DNA of 32,000 nucleotides, taken from the NCBI RefSeq assembly GCF_000020025.1, contig NC_010628.1, positions 8,202,323 to 8,234,322 on the forward strand, given 5' to 3'. Each line of letters begins with the position of its first letter. Positions within the stretch are counted from its first letter, which is position 1. Both the position numbers and the translations under genes were made by a program. This stretch comes from Nostoc punctiforme PCC 73102 (GTDB lineage Bacteria > Cyanobacteriota > Cyanobacteriia > Cyanobacteriales > Nostocaceae). Shown here one piece after another: positions 1 to 7,353 of this stretch. Under the pieces are notes generated by a model. That model saw only the letters and a program-made list of their open reading frames with translations. It made no database searches and had not been told where the DNA came from.

Positions 1-735
1 AGGGTGAGGATAGCTCACTAAAGAACCAGTGGTAATATCATATACTCCATCTGAGTAAGCAATATCCTGAACATGCAAATGCCCTGTGAATACTAGCTTG
101 ACTCCGTAGCGCCTCAGCAATTGCAACAGTTCTGCTGAATTGGACAACATGTAGCGATTTGCCAGTGGATGGTTCGATTGATTGGGTAAATGTTCCACCA
201 CATTATGATGCACCATCACCAAAACTAATTCATCAACAGATGCCGCCAGCACCTCTTCTAACCACCGTAGCTGTTTGGCATCCAAACACCCTACCTGCTC
301 CCCCTCGTCATTAAAGTAGTTAGAATTCAATCCAATCAGCTTGACTCCAGGTAGCAATTGACGAATGTAGTAAATCTGCTGCGGATCTTCATAGCCAAAC
401 TTCGTGTAATAGTGGGGAAAATCCGCGAAAGCAATTGATTGCTGATCTGCCAACAGCACAGGAACGTCATGATTACCAGGAACAACATAGACGGGAAAAG
501 GTAGCTGGGCTAAACATTGTTGTAACCAGGCATGGTTTTCTGGTTCGCCGTGCTGGGTTAAATCTCCTGGCAACAATAAGAAATCTAAATCTAGTTGTGT
601 TAGATGTTCTAGTACACTTTGAAACGCCGAGATACTGACTTCTACCAGATGAAAACGGCTAGGATGATCCCAGATTGTGTGGGGAAGCGCCACGTGTAAG
701 TCGCTAACTACCGCAAAGCGAAAATTGAGAGTCAT
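1..735 (-). CDS. metallophosphoesterase (calcineurin-like), 3' end cut off by the window edge
   Basis: Absent from the ORF track because no stop codon lies in the window. A reverse-strand ATG at 733-735 opens a frame that stays open to base 1 (245 codons). My translation starts MTLNFRFAVVSDLHV and contains LLLPGDLTQHGE, VVPGNHD, VMVHHN and FTGHLH. These are the ordered metal-binding motifs of calcineurin-like phosphoesterases. Confidence 0.85.
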   Translation of the reverse strand, partial: MTLNFRFAVVSDLHVALPHTIWDHPSRFHLVEVSISAFQSVLEHLTQLDLDFLLLPGDLTQHGEPENHAWLQQCLAQLPFPVYVVPGNHDVPVLLADQQSIAFADFPHYYTKFGYEDPQQIYYIRQLLPGVKLIGLNSNYFNDEGEQVGCLDAKQLRWLEEVLAASVDELVLVMVHHNVVEHLPNQSNHPLANRYMLSNSAELLQLLRRYGVKLVFTGHLHVQDIAYSDGVYDITTGSLVSYPHP

Positions 736-1191
736 TGATTTATGAAAATGTTAAAAGCAGAGGTTAAAACAAGTCTTTTTCCAAAAGTATAACGCTTGGT
801 TTGTTTCGCTGCTCAGGAGTGCATTTACTTAATATTTGTATACATTAAGCATCGATTACACGCTATGGTGACAATTAATTTCGAGGCTGAATATAACCAT
901 TAATCTGCAAAAACATTGGAGATTTGATCTAAAGATTTAATAATCAACAGATTTAATAATCAACGTTCAAGTAACCGGGCGATCGCTTCTATCTGCACGC
1001 AAACAATTCAATAGTCTCTAAGCGTAGCCCTTCTCTACGAGAAGCTGCGCCCTAAACGTAGCTATGCCGCAGGCTTTACGGCTGCGCTCAGGAACCACTC
1101 GTCGTAGACATCGCTTTCTTTGTTGGTTTCTCTGCTACTCCCCTTTTCGGTAAAATAACTTAGCAGATCGCTAAGGAACAGGTTCAGGATC

Positions 1192-2064
1192 ATGGCTCAA
1201 GCTAGTATTGGGATTATTGGTGGCAGTGGTCTGTATAAAATGGACGCGCTCAAAGATGTAGAAGAGGTGCATATCCAAACCCCCTTTGGTTCACCATCTG
1301 ATGCTTTGATTCTGGGAACATTGGATGGTACACGGGTAGCTTTTTTGGCGCGTCATGGCCGCAATCACACGCTGTTACCCTCTGAGTTACCGTTTCGCGC
1401 TAATATCTATGCGATGAAGCAATTGGGTGTGAAGTATTTAATTTCAGCTAGTGCTGTGGGTTCCTTGAAGGAAGAGGCGAAACCATTGGATATGGTGGTG
1501 CCAGATCAGTTTATTGACAGAACCAAAAATCGGATTTCCACGTTTTTCGGTGAGGGAATTGTGGCTCATATTGCCTTTGGCGATCCGATTTGTAAGAACT
1601 TGGCTGCTGTGTTGGCAGATGCGATCGCATCTCTCAATTTACCAGATGTTACTCTGCATCGCAGCGGTACTTATGTGTGCATGGAAGGGCCAGCTTTTTC
1701 CACTAAGGCAGAATCGAATCTTTACCGCAGTTGGGGCGCAACTATCATTGGGATGACGAATTTACCAGAGGCGAAGTTGGCAAGGGAAGCGGAAATTGCA
1801 TACTCAACCTTAGCGCTGGTGACAGATTATGATTGTTGGCATCCAGACCATGACAGTGTGACGGTGGAATTGGTGATTGGCAATTTGCTGCGGAATGCTG
1901 TGAATGCTCAAAAGGTGATTCAAGAAACTGTGCGGCGCTTGAGTGAAAATCCGCCAACCAGTGAGGCGCATTCGGCGTTGCAGTATGCGATTTTGACTCA
2001 ATTGGATAAAGCACCAGCCGCAACGAAGGAAAAGTTAGGGTTATTGTTGCAGAAGTATTTGTAA
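1192..2064 (+). CDS. mtnP: S-methyl-5'-thioadenosine phosphorylase
   Basis: 290 aa ORF. The N-terminus [10 protein letters not shown], then [16 protein letters not shown] and MEGPAFST, match the MTAP / purine nucleoside phosphorylase family 2 signature. AAGGAA lies upstream of the ATG. Confidence 0.9.
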   Translation: MAQASIGIIGGSGLYKMDALKDVEEVHIQTPFGSPSDALILGTLDGTRVAFLARHGRNHTLLPSELPFRANIYAMKQLGVKYLISASAVGSLKEEAKPLDMVVPDQFIDRTKNRISTFFGEGIVAHIAFGDPICKNLAAVLADAIASLNLPDVTLHRSGTYVCMEGPAFSTKAESNLYRSWGATIIGMTNLPEAKLAREAEIAYSTLALVTDYDCWHPDHDSVTVELVIGNLLRNAVNAQKVIQETVRRLSENPPTSEAHSALQYAILTQLDKAPAATKEKLGLLLQKYL

Positions 2065-2187
2065 TATTGGTGGTGAATTAGCGATCGCTTTATCCTAAGT
2101 TCAGGTGTAGGCTAGCCCGTCGTAGACATCGCTCATTACTAAAATCTCTTTGTGACAGACAATACCTCGCTGATATAATACCTGTCT

Positions 2188-2991
2188 ATGTTTGATAATG
2201 TCTGTCGCTTTTTAGCAGAGTCATTTTCAGCCGATTTCGCTACTTGGTTACTTGGCGAATCTATTTCACTCACCCAACTCAGTCCATCAGAATTATCCCT
2301 CGAACCAATTCGAGCAGATGCGTTAATTCTGTTACAGTCAGATGAAATTGTCCTGCATATCGAATTCCAGACCGAAGCAAAAGCCGAAATTCCCTTTCGG
2401 ATGACTGATTATCGGTTAAGAGTGTATCGAAAATTTCTCCGAAAGCGGATGTATCAAGTTGTCATTTACCTGCAACCCACCGCATCCGAATTAGTCCAGC
2501 AAACAGCTTTTGTTTTAGAAAATACCCGTCATGAATTTGGAGTTATTCGTCTTTGGGAACAACCCAGCGAGATATTTTTAAATACTCCTGGTTTGTTACC
2601 GTTTGCAACCCTCAGTCAAACTAAGGATAAAACGCGAACATTACAACAGGTTGCAGAAGCTATTGAGCAAATAAACGATACTCGAACACAAAGTAATATT
2701 GCTGCTTCAACGGCAATATTAGCTGGGTTAGTATTAAACAAGGAACTGATTAAAAATTTATTACGGAGTGATGCTATGCGCGAGTCTGTAATTTATCAGG
2801 ATATCCAGCAGGAAAAAGCTTTATCGATTATTATACGACAACTTTGTCGAAAGGTTGGAACTGTACCACCTGCACAGCTATTGAAAATACAAGCTTTGGA
2901 CTCAACACAGTTGGATGATTTAGCTGAGGCTTTACTTGATTTTTCGGATTTAACCGATTTAGAAGCTTGGTTAGCGCAAAATCAAGGTTAG
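2188..2991 (+). CDS. Rpn-family recombination-promoting nuclease / putative transposase (PD-(D/E)XK N-terminus, DUF4351-like C-terminus)
   Basis: 267 aa. The N-terminal FDNVCRFLAE...IRADALILLQSDEIVLHIEFQ...YR motif pattern is typical of the cyanobacterial Rpn/YhgA-like (transposase_31) family. The C-terminal helical tail resembles DUF4351. Called by motif recall only. Confidence 0.7.
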   Translation: MFDNVCRFLAESFSADFATWLLGESISLTQLSPSELSLEPIRADALILLQSDEIVLHIEFQTEAKAEIPFRMTDYRLRVYRKFLRKRMYQVVIYLQPTASELVQQTAFVLENTRHEFGVIRLWEQPSEIFLNTPGLLPFATLSQTKDKTRTLQQVAEAIEQINDTRTQSNIAASTAILAGLVLNKELIKNLLRSDAMRESVIYQDIQQEKALSIIIRQLCRKVGTVPPAQLLKIQALDSTQLDDLAEALLDFSDLTDLEAWLAQNQG

Positions 2992-3000
2992 TGATGCAAG

Positions 3001-3220
3001 AGCGATCGCACTTCCTCAGATTACAGTAACAGCGATCGCACTTTCTCAAATTACAGCAAAAGCGATCGCATTTTCTGAGATTACAGTAATAGCGATCGCA
3101 CTTTCTCAAATTACAGTAATAGCGATCGCATTTTCTGAGATTACAGTAATAGCGATCGCACTTCCTCAGATTACAATAACAGCGATCGCACTTTCTCAAA
3201 TTACAGCAAAAGCGATCGCT
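3001..3220. repeat. tandem repeat, 30 bp unit x 7 plus a partial copy; each unit starts with a HIP1 site
   Basis: The unit AGCGATCGCACTTTCTCAAATTACAGTAAT repeats head to tail at 3001, 3031, 3061, 3091, 3121, 3151 and 3181, with a partial copy at 3211. There are a few substitutions per copy (CTT/TTT, CAAA/GAGA). No unique spacers lie between units. Confidence 0.95.
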
Positions 3221-3308
3221 ACAACGGGCTACGTCTACGCACCATCAGATTTTTCAGTGGCGTACCATTATTATAAAATCATATAAGTGATAACACGTAA
3301 ACATATAA

Positions 3309-3476
3309 GCGTTTCATCAACAAACTCATGCGTTTCATCAACAAAGGCATGCGTTTCATCAACAAACTCATGCGTTTCATCAACAAACTCATGCGTTTCA
3401 TCAACAAAGGCATGCGTTTCATCAACAAAAGCATGAGTTTCATCAACAAAAGCATGAGTTTCATCAACAAAGGCAT
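3309..3476. repeat. tandem repeat, 21 bp unit x 8
   Basis: GCGTTTCATCAACAAACTCAT-type units repeat every 21 bp from 3309 to 3476. Variants are AAACTC/AAAGGC/AAAAGC and GCG/GAG. The two track ORFs here (3279-3476 and 3328-3549) are just translations of the repeat. Confidence 0.95.
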
Positions 3477-3575
3477 AAATTTCGTTATGAAGCTTTGCTT
3501 GTTCGTGGTGTCTGGCAGATTTATTCTAAGTTGGGGCTGCTCATTATAGAAATCTCTCCGCGTACCCTAATCAAA

Positions 3576-3662
3576 AGACCTCTCCCTGCTTTTACTACAC
3601 AAAATTATCCCTCTCCGACTCGCAGAGAAACTTGAACTTTAGTTCAAGGTAGGGAGAGGTCT
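3576..3662 (-). terminator. long inverted repeat / stem-loop directly after the WD40 gene stop; possible terminator or REP-like element
   Basis: AGACCTCTCCCT (3576-3587) is the perfect complement of AGGGAGAGGTCT (3651-3662). An inner hairpin CTTGAAC-TTTA-GTTCAAG is also present. On the minus strand the structure starts 1 nt after the TGA stop and is followed by TTTTGATT. Confidence 0.4.
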
Positions 3663-3663
3663 A

Positions 3664-6600
3664 TCACCTGCGTGTGCCAATATCATCACATAAATGCTTA
3701 TCGTCCTTGCTCACATTGGGGTTATTTTGCAAATAATCGCGCACCCAAGTACAACCCTTAACCATTAAATCATCCAAATTGAGATTCCACAGTTTCACCG
3801 TCTTGTCAGAACTTGCAGAGGCAATGGTTTGACCGTCGGGGCTAAATGCCACGCCCCAAACCGAACTGCTATGACCAGTGAGAGTTTGTAAGAGTTGCCC
3901 GTTGCGATTCCACAGCTTCACCGTCTTGTCATCACTTGCAGAGGCAATGGTTTGACCGTCGGGGCTAAATGCCACGCCCCTAACCGAACTGCTATGACCA
4001 GTGAGAGTTTGTAAGAGTTGCCCGTTGCGATTCCACAGCTTCACCGTCTTGTCATCACTTGCAGAGGCAATGGTTTGACCGTCGGGGCTAAATGCCACGC
4101 CCCTAACCGAACTGCTATGACCAGTGAGAGTTTGTAAGAGTTGCCCGTTGCGATTCCACAGCTTCACCGTCTTGTCATCACTTGCAGAGGCAATGGTTTG
4201 ATCGTCGGGGCTAAATGCCACGCCCCAAACCGAACTGCTATGACCAGTGAGAGTTTGTAAGAGTTGCCCGTTGCGATTCCACAGCTTCACCGTCTTGTCA
4301 TCACTTGCAGAGGCAATGGTTTGACCGTCGGGGCTAAATGCCACGCCCCTAACCGAACTGCTATGACCAGTGAGAGTTTGTAAGAGTTGCCCGTTGCGAT
4401 TCCACAGCTTCACCGTCTTGTCATCACTTGCAGAGGCAATGGTTTGACCGTCGGGGCTAAATGCCACGCCCCAAACCGAACTGCTATGACCAGTGAGAGT
4501 TTGTAAGAGTTGCCCGTTGCGATTCCACAGCTTCACCGTCTTGTCATCACTTGCAGAGGCAATGGTTTGACCGTCGGGGCTAAATGCCACGCCCCAAACC
4601 GAACTGCTATGACCAGTGAGAGTTTGTAAGAGTTGCCCGTTGCGATTCCACAGCTTCACCGTCTTGTCATCACTTGCAGAGGCAATGGTTTGACCGTCGG
4701 GCCTAAATGCCACGCCATTAACCGAACTGCTATGACCAGTGAGAGTTTGTAAGAGTTGCCCGTTGCGATTCCACAGCTTCACCGTCTTGTCATCACTTGC
4801 AGAGGCAATGGTTTGACCGTCGGGGCTAAATGCCACGCCCCTAACCGAACTGCTATGACCAGTGAGAGTTTGTAAGAGTTGCCCGTTGCGATTCCACAGC
4901 TTCACCGTCTTGTCATCACTTGCAGAGGCAATGGTTTGACCGTCGGGGCTAAATGCCACGCCCCAAACCGAACTGCTATGACCAGTGAGAGTTTGTAAGA
5001 GTTGCCCGTTGCGATTCCACAGCTTCACCGTCTTGTCATCACTTGCAGAGGCAATGGTTTGACCGTCGGGGCTAAATGCCACGCCCCAAACCGAACTGCT
5101 ATGACCAGTGAGAGTTTGTAAGAGTTGCCCGTTGCGATTCCACAGCTTCACCGTCTTGTCATCACTTGCAGAGGCAATGGTTTGACCGTCGGGGCTAAAT
5201 GCCACGCCCCTAACCGAACTGCTATGACCAGTGAGAGTTTGTAAGAGTTGCCCGTTGCGATTCCACAGCTTCACCGTCTTGTCATCACTTGCAGAGGCAA
5301 TGGTTTGACCGTCGGGGCTAAATGCCACGCCCCAAACCGAACTGCTATGACCAGTGAGAGTTTGTAAGAGTTGCCCGTTGCGATTCCACAGCTTCACCGT
5401 CTTGTCATCACTTGCAGAGGCAATGGTTTGACCGTCGGGGCTAAATGCCACGCCCCTAACCGAACTGCTATGAGCTTCTAATCGGTTACGTTCTTTGACT
5501 CCATAAATTACTTGCTGGAGTGTGGCTACTGCCAAAACGCGGGTATTTGGTTCTACCTTTTTATTTGGTGTTTTGAGTCGTTTTCCTACCTTCAAACCTT
5601 CTATTAAAGCATCAAGTTCAAAATTTGATGCCATCAGGTTTTGTGATTTCAGGCTATTGGCAAGAATTTCGGCATTTATCCGGCGTTTATCTGCATCGGC
5701 TTTGGCGGCAATTGCTTGCTGTTCTTGTTTCTGGGCAATGTTTCGCTGTTTTTCAGCGTCTGCCTGTCTATCCTTTGCTAATTGTTCAGCCGCTTTTGTT
5801 TGCTTAAGGGCTTTTTCTAAGTCTATTCCTCGTTTTTCTGCTAATTCCTGTGCCGACTTGGCTTGTGCCTCACCTGTTTCAGCCCTTTGACGCTGCTTGT
5901 CTGCCTCCCGGTGTTGTTCCTCTGCTTTTTGCTGCTGGTTCTGAGCATTTTTTGTTTGACGGTCTGCTTCTTGCCGCTGTGTTTGTTCTCTTTTTAGGGC
6001 ATCTTGAGCAATTAAACGTTGCTCTTTTTCACTGTCACGGGCTTTTTGGGCAATCAGATTTTGCTTGTAAATATACCAAGCGACTCCCGTCGATAATGTC
6101 GAAAATACAATCATTACAATCACATAAGGCAGTGCAGGTTTAAGCTGTTCCCATCTATCCCGCAAGTTAAACGGCAAATGTTTATTAATCCACTTATAAT
6201 CAAAGACTTGCCGATAAACTTCATTCCGCACCCGCAAAACATTATTCTCCCGCCGCACCACCCCTGAAAGCTTTAAGTGAGATTTAGCTAAAGACTGTTC
6301 TTCATCCACAACCGCCCGCTTACCCCAGCGAATCTCGCGGTAAATAGTCAAAACCTCCGGGTCTGGTGAGCGTTTGGTGAGCATATCGCGGACAAACTGC
6401 AAGTTATTGTCTTGTTCGCTCATTGCGCCAAAAAATGTGCTGCTAACTATGCTGTCTATATCGGCAGAGGATAAGACTCGATCCCCCCTAACCCCCCTTA
6501 AGAAGGGGGGAACAATAGAACTGTTGCTAACGGGGGCTGTGGGAATCTCCAAATCTGGAAGTTCATTGCCCCCCTTTTTAAGGGGGGTTGGGGGGATCAA

Positions 6601-7353
6601 AACCAAGGCATCACAGAGACGCTGCGTTAAATAAGGATGTCCCCCCGTCCACTTCAACACCTGGCGTAATACCTGCTTAGACTCATCGCTGGGTAATCCC
6701 AATCCCTCAGCGAAGGGTAAGGCTTCCTCAAAGGTAAAATCAGTTAAATCCACACGCTGTCCAATATTAAACGGTGTGCGCTTGGCATCGCTGATTAAAT
6801 CGCCGGGAGTCGCTACCCCCATTAAAACAAAAGAAAGCCGCCCAAACTCAGGATTAGTCGCACGGGCAACATAGAGATAACGAATTGCGATAAAAAAATC
6901 ATCGGTAAAATCCAGGCTGAGGGTAGAGTCAATTTCATCCACAAAAATCACCACTTGCCCTTCAACCTCAGCCAGCAAAACCTTCTCAAAAAACTGTGTC
7001 AGCCGTTGCGATACTCCCAGATGCTCGTGTTCTTGCCACCAACTCACCACATCTGTATCAAACATAAGTTGGTCATCCAGTTTGACCAAAAAGCCAAAAT
7101 ACCACTGTTCGGCTGTGACACTTGCCCCCAATTCCTGAAGGTCAACAATTACTGAGCTAATCCCCTCTTCCCTTAATGTGTCTGCCGTGCGTACCATCAG
7201 GCTAGACTTACCCATTTGGCGCGGCGTTAGCACATAGGCGAATATTGCTGACCGACATAAACCAAGCAATTCCTCATCAGCTTGACGGGGAATGTAAATC
7301 CCACTGCCAGCCTGTACAGTCCCCCCCACGGTGTAAATGCTTGGATTACCCAC
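3664..7353 (-). CDS. STAND/AAA-like P-loop NTPase - TM helix - coiled coil - 14x WD40 repeat protein
   Basis: 1229 aa with a GTG start at 7351-7353. The N-terminus YTVGGTV...IPRQADEEL, Walker A TPRQMGKSSL, Walker B VVIFVDEIDS and GGHPYLTQRL match the cyanobacterial 'AAA-like domain' family (Pfam AAA_35 as I recall it). A hydrophobic segment ALPYVIVMIVFSTLSTGVAWYIY follows. Then come ~170 aa rich in Q/K/E/A, and 14 units of HSSSVxGVAFSPDGQTIASASDDKTVKLWNRNGQLLQTLTG. Confidence 0.92.
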   Translation of the reverse strand: MGNPSIYTVGGTVQAGSGIYIPRQADEELLGLCRSAIFAYVLTPRQMGKSSLMVRTADTLREEGISSVIVDLQELGASVTAEQWYFGFLVKLDDQLMFDTDVVSWWQEHEHLGVSQRLTQFFEKVLLAEVEGQVVIFVDEIDSTLSLDFTDDFFIAIRYLYVARATNPEFGRLSFVLMGVATPGDLISDAKRTPFNIGQRVDLTDFTFEEALPFAEGLGLPSDESKQVLRQVLKWTGGHPYLTQRLCDALVLIPPTPLKKGGNELPDLEIPTAPVSNSSIVPPFLRGVRGDRVLSSADIDSIVSSTFFGAMSEQDNNLQFVRDMLTKRSPDPEVLTIYREIRWGKRAVVDEEQSLAKSHLKLSGVVRRENNVLRVRNEVYRQVFDYKWINKHLPFNLRDRWEQLKPALPYVIVMIVFSTLSTGVAWYIYKQNLIAQKARDSEKEQRLIAQDALKREQTQRQEADRQTKNAQNQQQKAEEQHREADKQRQRAETGEAQAKSAQELAEKRGIDLEKALKQTKAAEQLAKDRQADAEKQRNIAQKQEQQAIAAKADADKRRINAEILANSLKSQNLMASNFELDALIEGLKVGKRLKTPNKKVEPNTRVLAVATLQQVIYGVKERNRLEAHSSSVRGVAFSPDGQTIASASDDKTVKLWNRNGQLLQTLTGHSSSVWGVAFSPDGQTIASASDDKTVKLWNRNGQLLQTLTGHSSSVRGVAFSPDGQTIASASDDKTVKLWNRNGQLLQTLTGHSSSVWGVAFSPDGQTIASASDDKTVKLWNRNGQLLQTLTGHSSSVWGVAFSPDGQTIASASDDKTVKLWNRNGQLLQTLTGHSSSVRGVAFSPDGQTIASASDDKTVKLWNRNGQLLQTLTGHSSSVNGVAFRPDGQTIASASDDKTVKLWNRNGQLLQTLTGHSSSVWGVAFSPDGQTIASASDDKTVKLWNRNGQLLQTLTGHSSSVWGVAFSPDGQTIASASDDKTVKLWNRNGQLLQTLTGHSSSVRGVAFSPDGQTIASASDDKTVKLWNRNGQLLQTLTGHSSSVWGVAFSPDDQTIASASDDKTVKLWNRNGQLLQTLTGHSSSVRGVAFSPDGQTIASASDDKTVKLWNRNGQLLQTLTGHSSSVRGVAFSPDGQTIASASDDKTVKLWNRNGQLLQTLTGHSSSVWGVAFSPDGQTIASASSDKTVKLWNLNLDDLMVKGCTWVRDYLQNNPNVSKDDKHLCDDIGTRR
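3783..5474 (-). repeat. intragenic tandem repeat, 123 bp unit x ~14 (WD40 blades), near-identical at the DNA level
   Basis: A 123 bp periodicity is visible by eye (for example GCTAAATGCCACGCCCC[A/T]AACCGAACTGCTATGACCAGTGAGAGTTTGTAAGAGTTGCCCGTTGCGATTCCACAGCTTCACCGTCTTGTCATCACTTGCAGAGGCAATGGTTTGACCGTCGGG). Most units differ by a single nucleotide. Confidence 0.95.
6480..6598. mobile_element. MITE-like palindromic element inserted in frame within the NTPase-WD40 gene
   Basis: GATCCCCCCTAACCCCCCTTAAGAAGGGGGG (6480-) is an almost perfect inverted repeat of CCCCCCTTTTTAAGGGGGGTTGGGGGGATC (-6598). The two arms flank a ~55 bp core. The element is translated as IPPTPLKKGGNELPDLEIPTAPVSNSSIVPPFLRGVRGD, between the conserved GGHPYLTQRLCDAL and SSADIDSIV segments. 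Confidence 0.75.

Noticed and set aside
435-638. Track ORF 435-638 on the plus strand
   Set aside because: It is antisense to the clearly recognisable metallophosphoesterase frame (GNHD/GHLH motifs) covering 1-735 on the minus strand.
3001-3220. The 30 bp periodic array, considered as a possible CRISPR array
   Set aside because: The units are directly adjacent, with no unique spacers between them. The whole 30 bp is the repeat, and no cas genes are nearby. It is a plain tandem repeat.
2831-3549. Track ORFs 2831-3199 (MRKCDRCYCNL...), 3279-3476 (MPLLMKLMLLL...) and 3328-3549 (MRFINKGMRFINK...)
   Set aside because: Their peptides are just periodic translations of the 30 bp and 21 bp tandem repeats. 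They have no RBS or coding-like composition.
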